A stretch of DNA of 64,000 nt from Octopus vulgaris. Taxonomy: Eukaryota. Position 1 is the first letter of the stretch. Each line of letters begins with the position of its first letter. The stretch lies in assembly GCA_951406725.2 (NCBI GenBank), contig OX597824.1:14818001-14882000 (forward strand). The letters run 5' to 3'. Positions 50,301-62,535 of the stretch are shown piece by piece. A program made the position numbers and the translations under genes. The notes under the pieces were generated by a model. It saw only the letters and a program-made list of their open reading frames with translations. It made no database searches and was not told where the DNA came from.

Positions 50301-51907
50301 ATAGAGCAGTCTTTCTCTGTATGAATTACTTGTACCAGCACAATTCTCTCTCTTGCATATTATGTATGACTCCTCTTATATTTATCTTCTCTCGTTTTCT
50401 TTGCAGTCTATCATTTATGCACACATCCAGCAAAACACAATTCATTTCTTTTTAGTTTTTTACAAATCTTCTGCATTCAAGGACTGCCTCTCAATTCACT
50501 CATAAACATTGCTTCTGTCTTCTTTTAAACATAAGCTATATACAATATCATGCCCGACAATGTATTGACTGAGCTACCTATGGACGTACCATTAATATGA
50601 GGAATCTTAGCTTCTAATTTAAATACTTGAAATTGTGGGGTCATCTTGTATAACAGCATAGCTACACACTTTACAGCAGACACGAGATTCAATTACTTAA
50701 ATGGTCTTACAACTTTATTCTATCTTCTATATATAAAATATCTTTCTACACACACACACATATGGCAGGCTTCTGTAGTGATCCTAGGATCACTACACTT
50801 CTTTCATTTTCTGTCTACCAAAAATACTTACAAGGCTTTGATTGGCCTGAGGCTATAATAAGAGTCACACAGTGGGATTGAACCCGGAATCATGTGGTTA
50901 AGAAGCAAGCTTCTTACCACGCAGCCACGCTTACACACAGAGACATACATACAGACACACACACACTCAACAGAAAACAGTCTGTGGAACGCTGATGAGG
51001 TAAAGTGCACGATTACATGTTTCAACGACTGTTGTGTAATTACATCGGCATTTTCGTAAAACGCGTGTATGTCCCATAAAGCATTGAATATCACACTTGT
51101 TTTCTGCTTAATATTGTCATTTCTATAACTTGGCTCGTACTCCGAACACTAACCCTATTCCGAGGCCACGTCCCGCATCATACTACACTGGAGTGCGGAA
51201 CCAACCATTGAGGTCGATTTTTGCTAGTGTCGTCGTACTTTTCAGTGTCCCTTAAACACACAGTACGCCGATCTCATCGGGGTTTAAAGGCATGTGAAAC
51301 CTCTGTGATACACATACATCTTCGAAAACAAACAAAAGAAAAAAAATAAGGACGACGGTAAAGAATACGCACACCCGGGGGGGTTAGGGTTACGTCGAAA
51401 ACGGGTGGTGTACGTATTCTTTACCTCCGGCAAAATAAGTACACACAAAGAAATAACAGCAATTAGCTCCAGTCTGCATTAGCCCCGACCCAACATTACG
51501 TACCTCTTCAGCCTCTCATGAAAATTAATTCCAGAGTTAAGAACTATTAGGCTTCAACCGAATCTACCTGCACTAATAACTGCTATGGCTATCGCGAGTA
51601 CCACCAGATGAGCTAACGAGGAAATGTGTGTTTGCTAAACTTGCCAGAAATAGTAGTCAAATCTCAGAGAAATCATGTCTGTTTTATAAAAGGAAGGACA
51701 CATTTTTCAATGTAGTCCTAAGTATATGATGGAATGGGATGGATGTTCGTAACAGGAATGTTTTCACGGTTGGTTTGATCGATGAGAACTGACATGGCGA
51801 TGAGCAATAGCAACAACAAATAAGAACCAACTGGACAGTGGAGACAAATCAACACATACTTGGCATCGCTGAACTAAACCCTAATAAACCATTGTTTGTC
51901 ATAGAAG

Positions 51908-52135
51908 GCTGTGAGGTCCTCAAATCAGTTATAGACTTGTCAATCTAAACAAAACCAAATCACATACTATTACATATTAAACGTAGGCCCTCTCGAAATC
52001 CCTGCCCTCTTCATGCTTTTCCTTTAAGTGTCTACCTACAACAGTTTAAGCGAAACCTTAACATCAATCTCAACGGCCCCAAGGGGGCTTGAAGAAGATC
52101 AGAAGGCTCAAGAAGTAAAAAAAAAAAAAAAAAAA
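51908..52135 (+). mobile_element. Poly(A)-tailed retroposon 3' end; inverted second copy at ~48824-49042
   Basis: About 220 bp near-identical in opposite orientations; both end in A-tracts. Confidence 0.75.
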
Positions 52136-52902
52136 ATTAATTAAGTAAGGTTGATTACGTAAGTATATTAGCTCAGCTGTTAATATCTGTGTAATGATGT
52201 GATCGATATGTATATATAATGCATAAACAGATACACGGTTAAGGGTCACCAGTACGTTTAAGCATTTTGTTCAAAAATAAATTCTCGAATTAAGAAGAGA
52301 AAAATAAAATAGTAAAAACTATCGATAAGTTGATTTCTGTGTACCACTCAATTAACTCTGGTGAAGCTGATTTATAATTAAAAGATGTTCTATCCATGAC
52401 AATCACGTAATTTTTTTTTTTCAGATATAAAGTTTCCTTTTAAGGTACAATCTAATTTCAGGGAGATTTAGCTGCTATTTCAGGCAGATCGTGAGATAGC
52501 ATAGGATCTCGCTTGATGGCTTTGTTATAGAATTGGTTAGTCTCAAAATATGCAACTACTAAAATCAGACGTATCAAAGAGGAAGTCTCCAACGTTGTTG
52601 CTAAATACATCTACGTGAAAACAACCAAATTTCACAACCATCTTAAAAAACAAAGGACACATTCGATATACACATACATGAATATATATATATATATTAT
52701 AATTATGAGTATAATTATAATTAGGGTTCAGCAAACGATTTGCTTCACCACATACCAAACTTTAGAAATAGCAGCCAAAGAACCTAGCTATTTCTTCTAC
52801 TATAAGAAGAAACTCCCAGACAACATATACTCAAAAACAATTCACGTATATATATATATACATACATATATACGTGAATATATATGCTCAAAAACAATTC
52901 AC

Positions 52903-52949
<47 letters not shown>

Positions 52950-53323
52950 ATGTCGGTAAGGCACAGCTGGAATAACTTTGATCACAGGTCTGTTCAAACC
53001 TGGGGCTAAACAACAATTAAATTCAGTCGTATTAAACCTCCTTTAACGCACCTGTATCAACACAATTAATTGTTTTATATGGGTCTAACGATCGATAAAA
53101 ATAATACAATTTTTCGTAACTTCGATGGAAAATACGAACCGATTTAGTTTAATTATAAATATATCTCGTTGTTCGTGCATCATGCTGGTTAGATCTGTAT
53201 AAATTTAGTTGTCTTACTTCTGCAAACTGACAAATAAAATAAGTAGAAGTTTGTTGTACAACGTCCAAGTGATTTATAAATACATAAACATCAATATTCT
53301 ATGGTAAAAAGAACTGCCAAACT

Positions 53324-54196
53324 ACTTACCCCTGCAATATTTTGTCGCAGAAAAATATATAATCTATCCGAATAACCGCAATCGGTTTGAATGTTTGCGA
53401 GGTTTTTATCTCGCTACACCCTTTTATATATTTTGTTTGTCCCTCTTAACTACACTCACCATCTCCACTCCACCTTCTCTCACTCACTCACACTCTCTCT
53501 TTCTCTCTGTCTCTCTTTTCATCCCTATATCTTCTCTATTATATTTTTTCCCCTACACACGCACACTGCTTCTCTCTCTCTCTCTCTTTTATTTCTTATC
53601 CCACCACTGCCCCCTCCACCGAAACTCTCTCACTAACTGAAACATTCAAACATTTCTCTCTCCCTTTTTCTACCAGTCTCTCTCTCTCTCTCTCTCTCTC
53701 TCTTCATCGCCCCTCCTAAGTGATACCTTCAATCAGTTCTCTTTCCCTTTCTCTCTCTCTCTGTCTACCTCTCTCTCTCTTTCTTTTCCCACCACCCTCT
53801 ACCGAAACTCTCTCTTTCACTAACTGATGATACGTTCAATCATATTTCTCCCTCTTCCTCTCTCTCTCTCTCTTTCTTTCACTACCCCTTCCACCGAAGC
53901 TCTCCCTCTCGCTCTCTCTCACTAACTCTCCTTCTTTTTTCTCATTCTGTCTAACTTTGTCTCTCACTCTCTGTCTCAGACTCTGTCTGTCTCTCCATGT
54001 CACTTCGTTATAAACACTCCCCTTCTCTGTTTGCTTGTATTTCCTCTTCCTATTCCTCTTTATTACTCACATATACCATACACCAATTCCTCGCCCTCTT
54101 TCTCTCTCCTATATTTTTATCTTTATTTCCCTTTGTTTCTTTCATTCTCTATTTCCTCTCACTCGCTTTCCTTCCACGACTTAAGCATCAACACAG

Positions 54197-54200
<4 letters not shown>
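53324..54200 (-). promoter_or_regulatory. Candidate non-coding first exon/promoter (GA-rich on the minus strand), possibly of the ASB-like gene
   Basis: Consensus G|GTAAGT donor at 53324-53330, CpG-containing 53340-53420, long CT-rich tract beyond; the ASB ATG exon needs an upstream exon. Confidence 0.3.
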
Positions 54201-54230
<30 letters not shown>

Positions 54231-54550
54231 GTAGTTACGATTAACACATCTTATGCAGGCAGCATCACCAAACCTAACTGCAACCGAAATTTATTCTCTG
54301 AATCATTACACAATATGCTACAGAGTGGAAGTTAGAGCAATTAAATCTATGCAGATATGGGGGGGGGGTTAGTTCTTTGAGATAAACAAATTGAGCAAGA
54401 AACATGGCTAGACGTTTTGGGGGATGGTATAATCGTTGATATCTTGGCTGCAGTACCCGATTTCATCTTATTTTATCAGTCCACAAAGATGAGAAAGAAA
54501 CTCGAACCCGCTATGAAGAAACCTAACTAAATGCCGCATAACACTTTTAA

Positions 54551-54759
54551 CTCTCTTTTACTCTTTTACTTGTTTCAGTCATTTGACTGCGGCCATGCTG
54601 GAGCACCGCCTTTTTTAGTCGAGCAAATCGACCCCACGACTTATTCTTTGGAAGCCTAGCACTTATTCTATCGGTCTCTTTTGCCGAACCGCTAAGTTAC
54701 GGGGACGTAAACACACCAGCATTGGTTGTCAAGCGATGTTGGGGGGGGGACAAACGCAG

Positions 54760-54800
<41 letters not shown>

Positions 54801-54803
54801 CAT

Positions 54804-54848
<45 letters not shown>

Positions 54849-54980
54849 AGCTGCTTTCAGTTTCCGTCTACCAAATCCACTCAAGGCTTTGGTCGGCCCG
54901 AGGCTATAGTAGATTACACTTGCCCACGGTGCCACGCAGTGGGACTGAACCCAGAACCATGTGGTTGGTAAGCAAGCTAG
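54551..54980 (-). mobile_element. SINE family A copy
   Basis: Reverse complement of family A. Confidence 0.9.
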
Positions 54981-55390
54981 GTACTTAATAGTTAGGGTGC
55001 TGCACTCGCGGTTTCGATTCCTGGACAGAATGTTGCGTTGTATAATTCTTGAGCAAAACACTTCGTTTCGCATTGCTCCAACCTATTTAGCCGTTGTTAG
55101 CAACCCCTACGTCGGATTTGCGTACCGTTAAGTGGGGAACGTCGTGATCTCGGTCGCTTATAAATCCATGGTTACCGGTAACCAACCTAACGAGTCCCGG
55201 GACTCATTGTGCAATCTATAATCCTTGTAATAATGACGTCGTTTATTTTTGGTTTGCAAAGTCAATAATTATGTAGAAAGTTAGATATATAGTAGTAGGT
55301 AGTTTGAACAACTTAACATCCGATGTGTGATTATCATTAAATTTTTTAAGATTCTAGAAACGTGGAAAGCAAAACAAAGCTTAAACGTTG

Positions 55391-55701
55391 AAATTTGGGT
55401 ACTATTTAAGAAGAATGGTCCCGGTGCGCGCACTCGTTAGCTAGTCGTGACTAGTCGATCCAACAACGACTACTTAGTAAAATAAATAAACCACAAAATA
55501 AATAATTTTTTTACACAAAGTAAATCATTTTGTAAAATAAAGTAAATAAAACACAAAAACACAAAGTAAATAATTTTTTAAAATAAAGTAAAAACACAAA
55601 AATATAAAGTAAGGATCAACTAGTCACGACTAGCTAGCGCGGATGCGCGAGTACGCGAGTGCGCGCACCGGGACCACTCTTCTTAAGTAGTACCTAAATT
55701 T
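55391..55701. mobile_element. MITE with ~70-bp GC-rich TIRs and AT-rich core
   Basis: GGTCCCGGTGCGCGCACTCG..CTAGTCGTGACTAGT is inverted at 55613-55701. Confidence 0.8.
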
Positions 55702-56190
55702 GAACCTAAAAGCCAAAAGGATGCGACTAAATGCACGCACGCAAACACGCACGAACGAACACGCTCACACACGTGTTAGTATGAATGACTATATATATAA
55801 ATATAACAAAAGATCCTATATAACATGTGACTTCATTGACCGAGGTTACCGTGGTCTTTTCCGTAGGCTTTTCTTTCCACGGGTAAACCTTACCTGTCCT
55901 CCCCTTTACACTTCATATTGACATTTCTGTGATTACGATCCCTATTGATCAACTTTTTTTTCCTCTCCCCCACCTTTTTTTAAAAATCCTCCCTTTTTTT
56001 TGTCCTCTTTCTTTCCTTTTACGATCCCTTTTGATCGAAAACCAACCCCCTTTTTTTTTTACCCCCAAAAGAAAAGCTCTACCTTGTAATTTGTTCTGTC
56101 TGTGTGCAGCCCTGTGTGGCTAATAAAGAAACATATCTATCCATCCATCCATCTATCATTCTATCCATCTATCCATCCATCCATCCATCC

Positions 56191-56252
<62 letters not shown>

Positions 56253-56253
56253 G

Positions 56254-56333
<80 letters not shown>

Positions 56334-57388
56334 ATCTATCTATCTATCTCCATCCTAAATTTATAGATAGATAGATACGTACGTACATACACACTTACAC
56401 ACATACACACGCAGAATGACAGGCATATATACAGACATTACAGGTACTTTTAGTAAATAACGACCACGTTCACGTGCATGGTGCATCGTACGATGCAATT
56501 ATGAACACACATACAGGCACGCACGTAAGTATATGTATGCGTGCGAGACAGATTAGTTCGCAGCTAAGCTAAAAATACTGGAGGTTGTTGAATCTTCAAT
56601 GTGTACTTAATAATCGTTGGTGTGTGTCACGCTCGGCTCACGCGGGAAGCATGTGTTCAGCTCATGCTATTTGTGTAATCCCAAAACTGGATGCAGTTTC
56701 TGTATTCTCCCACAGCCAGTGGTAACATTCTTCCTCGGTTCTTGTAATCTGTTGCACGAACGAAGCAACTGCTGCAAGTATTTTTTATCTGTCCACCCGT
56801 CCGTCGGCCTTCCCAAATTCTCGATCTGATTGTTCTCCGACTAAATGCTTTATTCGCTTACGATTCCAGTGACGGAACTTTCACATGGGTTTTTTTCTCT
56901 CGACCTGCTAGAAATAGTAACCAAATCCTCTCCAAATCACACGCTACTTCGCGTCTTTAAAGAAAAAGATAAGAAGTCTGGGATACACTATGCTTCGGAA
57001 AATAAACAAATACACAGAGAAATAAATACATAAATGAATGAATGAATGAATAGATACATAAATAAATTAATAATGGGATGTTTGCGAATGAAATAACTGC
57101 TCAATCGGGGCGAACCTAGAGCCAAACAACAGTAACAAGACACACATACATGCATGCATACATACATACATACATGCATACATACATACATACATACATA
57201 CATACATACATACATACATACATGCATACATACATACATACATGCATACATACATACATACATGCATACATACATACATACATACATACATACATACATA
57301 CATACATACACACATACATACATACATACATATATACATACATACATACATACATACATACACAAATACATACTTGTGTACATCTATT

Positions 57389-57453
<65 letters not shown>

Positions 57454-57628
57454 TCTTTTTTATTAACCCCTCCCCTTTTTTGTCCTCTTTCTTTCCTTTT
57501 ACGATCCCTTTTGATCGAAAACCACCACTCCCTTTTTTTTACCCCCAAAAGAAAAGCTCTACCTTGTAATTTGTTCTATCTGTGTGCAGCCAGTGGCTAG
57601 CATAAAGAAACATATCTATCTATCTATC

Positions 57629-58215
57629 TTGGCTATGGCGAAAGAATGTATCTGGTGGACGCGTCTGAAAGGATTAGAGACAAACACTTTCTTCTCTGGT
57701 CAATCTCTCATCAACTTCTTCAAGTACCACTTGAAAAGGAAAGTGAGAGTAGAGAGGCAAGTTTTGTCTAGTGAATGTTTTAAAAAAAGATGGGTGAATG
57801 TAGCAAGGATGGCACGTATGAATGACGAAGCCACCTTGACTATGATTCTATGAACCGTAAAATTAATACAGAGAGTTGCTTATTTGCAAAAAAAAAAAAA
57901 AAAGAAATATAACATGTGACTTCATTGACCGAGGTTACCGTGGTCTTTTCCGTAGGCTTTTCTTTCCACGGGTAAACCTCACCTGTCCTCCCCTTTACAC
58001 TTCATATTGACATTTCTGTGATAACGATCCCTATTGATCAATTTTTTTTCCTCTCCCCCTTTTTTTTAACCCCCCCCCTTTTTTTGTCCTCTTTCTCTCC
58101 TTTTACGATCCCTTTTGATCGCCCCCCCCTTTAAAAAAAAAAATTTTTTTTTACCTTCAAAAGAAAAGGTCTACCTTGTAATTTGTTCTATCTGTGTGCA
58201 GCCCTGTGTGGCTAA
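57629..58215 (+). mobile_element. Tx1/L1-clade LINE 3' end (ORF2 C-terminus LAMAKECIWWTRL..FKYHLKRKVRVER..FKKRW, plus 3' UTR)
   Basis: AKxxIWxxR..F..W pattern of Tx1 ORF2; UTR repeated at 55818-56132 and ~57451-57612; each copy ends in (TATC)n. Confidence 0.7.
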
Positions 58216-58221
58216 TCTATT

Positions 58222-58257
<36 letters not shown>

Positions 58258-58332
58258 AAATTAAATAATAAGGGTAGAAATTTATGTTAATCAATTAAAA
58301 CCAGTGGCTTAGCATATTTAAAAATCCGTCTG

Positions 58333-58367
<35 letters not shown>

Positions 58368-58368
58368 G

Positions 58369-58446
58369 AATTAAGAGGAATGACCACTAAAGTGGACACC
58401 CTATATGCATATAAGGTGTCCACTTTAGTGGTCATTCCTCTTAATT
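58369..58446. repeat. Near-perfect 78-bp palindrome
   Basis: AATTAAGAGGAATGACCACTAAAGTGGACACC c TATATGCATATA a GGTGTCCACTTTAGTGGTCATTCCTCTTAATT. Confidence 0.95.
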
Positions 58447-58449
58447 TTG

Positions 58450-58451
58450 TA

Positions 58452-58519
<68 letters not shown>

Positions 58520-58520
58520 C

Positions 58521-58616
<96 letters not shown>

Positions 58617-58621
58617 ATCTG

Positions 58622-58684
<63 letters not shown>

Positions 58685-58778
58685 GTTTATCTGCCTGCCC
58701 TCTCTCTCTATATATGTGTGTGTGTGCATATGTGTGTCCATGTATGTATGTATGTATGTATGTATGTATGTATGTATG

Positions 58779-58823
<45 letters not shown>

Positions 58824-58950
58824 GTCTGTCTGTCCATACATACAATCATACATATATGCATACATACATACATACATACATACATACATACATACACACA
58901 ATCATACATACATACATACACACAATCATACATACATACATACACACAAT
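58450..58950. repeat. (TATC)n/(TATG)n/(TACA)n microsatellite; similar tracts at 56133-56350 and 57145-57450
   Basis: Read directly from the sequence. Confidence 0.95.
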
Positions 58951-59238
58951 TTATTTTGAGCCATCCAGTAGCCTGTTACTCAGTGTATGGGTGGCTTGAA
59001 AACTGGTTGATGAGGACAGAAGACTCACCTCGATAGGAGAGCATATATTATTGGCTGAATAGTGGGATGATGAGAAAGAGGATACTTATAGCTTGCTGGT
59101 TAATTATTGCATGCACGCACATTCACACACACACACATTGAAGCCTTTAACGATAAGCTGTACAATTTTGGGAGGATGACATCATTCCTCACAAATACTT
59201 ACTTTTACTCCATCAAAATATGTTGAAATAGTCTAATC

Positions 59239-59768
59239 GGCTGTGTGGTCAGTAGTTTGCTTACAAACCACCTGGTCCCAGGTTCAGTCCCACTGCATGG
59301 CACCTTGGGCAAGTGTCTTCTATTATAGCCGCAGGCCGACCAAAGCCTTGCGGGTGGATTTGGTAGACGGAAATTGAAAGAAGCTCGTCGTATCATCATC
59401 ATCATCATCATCGTTTAACGTCCGCTTTCCATGCTAGCATGGGTTGGACGATTTGACTGAGGGCTGGTGAACCAGATGGCTGTACCAGGTTTCAATCTTG
59501 ATCTGGCAGAGCTTCTACAGCTGGATGCCCTTCCTAACGCCAACCACTCCGAGTGTGTAAATATATGTATATATATATATGTGTATGTATATGTTTGTGT
59601 GTCTGTGTTTGTCCCCCCAACATCACTCGACACCCGATGCTGGTGTGTTTATGTCCCCGTAATGTAGCAGTTCGGCAAAAAAAACTGACAGAATAAGTAC
59701 TAGGCTTACAAAGAATAAGTCCTGTGGTCGATTTGCTTGACTAAAGGCGGTGCTCCAGCATGGCCACA
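59239..59768 (+). mobile_element. SINE family A interrupted by an RTE-type 3' end (~59392-59556, -)
   Basis: The two family A halves flank a (CAT)n-tailed element. Confidence 0.85.
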
Positions 59769-61289
59769 TTTCCTGGCGATGCATTATGTTCTTGAGTAAG
59801 ATACTTTATTTCACATTGCTCCAGTCTACTCAGCTGGCAAAAGTGAGCAGTACTTGTATTTCAAAAGGCCAGCCTTGTCACATTCTGTGTCACTGTTGTA
59901 TAGTGAAATTGTATATCCCACCCGGTAAAAAGTGGTAGGACCCAGCCATTATAAAGAGTTCAGTAGCTGGTCATCAAGAGAGGATTGAGGCTCAACAGTT
60001 CTAGTCAGTGTTTTGTGGTGGTATCAGTCATAGTAAGACAGAAAAAGTTAGTGTATTACTATTCCAGTACGAAGAGATACAATGGTATCTGGTGACTAGT
60101 AACTCTTGTGGCTACTAGCATAAAAGAACAACTACAGGAGGCGCAATGGGTCAGTGGTTAGGGCAGCGGACTCGCAGTTGTAAGAACGCGGTTTCGATTC
60201 CCAGACCGGGCATTGTGAGTTTTTATTGAGCAAAAACACCTAAGCTCCACGAGGCTCCGGCGGGGAGGGGTGGTGAACCCTACGGTTCTCTTTCACCACA
60301 ACTTTCTCTCACTCTTTCTTCCTACTTCTGCCACAAAGCAGAGTAACCATGGTGTAACCCATTATGGTGTGGTAAACTTTCAGACCCTAGTTTAGATTGC
60401 AAATCCTTTGTACCCCAGGATGGTTCAGCTCTCCACCTGTTAAAAGCCACCATTTATGGAATGAGGATAACAACCTAGCTTTCGCGCCCGTGCTACTGCC
60501 AGTCTATTTTGTGTGGTAGGTGGATCTTCAATTTGCCACACGCATTCTTAGTAGCTTAGAGTAGGCTCGAATTAGAGATTATTCTTTGTGGCTAATGGCG
60601 TGAGTCCTGATTGGAGGAAGAAGAAGAAAAAAGACAGCAACTACAGTACAACGGCCGTCACACATCACACCAGTGTGAGGAACCCACTTTACAACAGTTA
60701 CATTGAATCTCCCTGAGAACTACATTAAGGCTACATGTGTCTGTGGAGTGCTCAGCCACATGCATGTTAATTTTATGAGCAGGATACTACATTGACTTGT
60801 ATGCTGGAAAATGTGGTATTATACATATAGTTTCCAAATTTTTGAAGCTGTGCTTGAGGAGACCTATTGAGTCAAGTACATCAACATCAAAATAAATATC
60901 AAATGGAAATTATAGTTGTGATACCTGTGCCAGTGGCACGTAAAGAGCACCATCCAAACATGGCCTATGCCAGCGTCGCCTTGACTGGCTTCTGTGCCAG
61001 TGGCACATAAAAAGCACCAACCGATCGTGGCCGCTGTCCGCCTTCCCTGGTACCTGTGCCAGTGGCATGTAAAAAGCACCCACTACACTCACAGAGTGGT
61101 TGGCATTAGGAAGGGCATCCAGCTGTAGAAACTCTGCCAGATCAGACTGGAGCCTGGTGCAGCCTCCTGGCCTCCCAGACCCTGGTCGAACCGTCCAACC
61201 CATGCTAGCATGGAAAACGGACGTTAAACAATGATGATGATGATTAGTAATTTTTTTTTTATGGGTGATGGTTTTTGACTGAAAAAGGC

Positions 61290-61585
61290 ATGACCCTGCT
61301 TATCCATCCTCCCTATGTGACTTTTTTTCTTCGCCTGAATGAAAAAAGTCCTTTAAGGAAAACATTTTGCAGATGTGGAAGAGGTGAAATAAAAAACGAC
61401 GGAGGCGTTAAAAGGCATCACTTCGTAAGAGTTCCAAGACTGCTTTGAACTGTGGAAAACACATCTGGACTGATGCATGGCTTCAAATGAAGAATTCTTT
61501 GAAGGCGGTAAAAGTGTAAACGTGTAAAACTAAGTGAATTAAATAATATTGCAAAATTCCGGTTTCTTTTGGGGCCTCCCTCGTA
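61290..61585 (+). pseudogene. Mariner transposase 3' relic with right TIR
   Basis: HPPY..DFF..GKHFADVEEVK..FQDCFELWK..C..SNEEFFEG with stops and a deletion; ends CCCTCG|TA. Confidence 0.8.
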
Positions 61586-61587
61586 TA

Positions 61588-61992
61588 CTCTCTCTTTACT
61601 CTTTTACTTGTTTCAGTCATTTGACTGTGGCCATGCTGGAGCACCGCCTCTAGTCGAGCAAATCGACCCCAGGACTTATTCTTTCTAAGCCTAGTACTTA
61701 TTCTATTGGTCTATTTTGCCGAACCGCTAAGTTACGGGGATGTAAACACACCAGCATCGGTTGTCAAGCGATGTTGCGGGGACAAACACAGACACACAAA
61801 CATATATATATATATATACATATACATACGACAGGCTTCTTTCAGTTTCCGTCTACCAAATCCACTCACAAGGCTTTGGTCGGCCCGAGGCTATAGTAGA
61901 AGACACTTGGCCAAGGTACCACGCAGTGGGACTGAACCCGGAACCATGTGGTTGGTAAGCAAACTACTTACCACTCAGCCACTCCTGCGCCT
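61588..61992 (-). mobile_element. SINE family A copy
   Basis: Full-length reverse complement. Confidence 0.9.
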
Positions 61993-62275
61993 ATGTTTTT
62001 ACATCAATAAATATTTTACAAGTAAATTCCAAATATTACATTTTCTAACCTGGTTGAAAATGGGAAAGAAATTAGAAATTCTAAAGTTTTAATCAAAAAT
62101 ATACACTCTTACATATGAGAAAAACTGGAAAATATGTATTCGGAAAGTAAACATTATCACAAATAACCTGTTTCAATAAGTTTTGATTGGTAAAAGTGAG
62201 TATATTTAAAAAATATTTCATTTTACAATCTGCTTGAGAAAAATTCAAAATCAATAATTCTATCAGGATTAGGGT

Positions 62276-62535
62276 GGAGGTGCATGGCTTAGTGGTTAGG
62301 GCGTCAGCATCATGATCGTAAGATTGTGGTTTCGATTCCTGGACCGGGCGACGCGTTGTGTTCTTGAGCAAAACACTTCATTTCACATTGCTCCAGTCCA
62401 CTCAGCTGGCAAAAATGAGTAACGCTGCGATGGACTGGCATCTTGTTCAGCTGGGGAACACATCTGCCATAGAAATCGGGAAACCGGGCCCATAAGCCTG
62501 GCTGGGCTTTAAAAAGGACGCATTTATTTTTTATT
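62276..62535 (+). mobile_element. tRNA-derived SINE family E (GGAGGYGCRTGGCTTAGTGGTTAGGG head, ATTT tail)
   Basis: Related copies at 37240-37504(-), ~35754, ~39830, ~45375(-). Confidence 0.85.

Noticed and set aside
56670-56830. CpG-containing unique stretch with a ~50-codon minus-strand open frame
   Set aside because: No good acceptor, no recognisable motif and no partner exons; possibly regulatory but unsupported.
56102-59036. YLSI/HTYI/MYVC ORFs
   Set aside because: Tetranucleotide microsatellite translations.
62276-62350. tRNA-like sequences at SINE heads (also 16265, 23321, 37430, 38920, 60137)
   Set aside because: They continue into SINE bodies and lack a proper acceptor stem; not tRNA genes.
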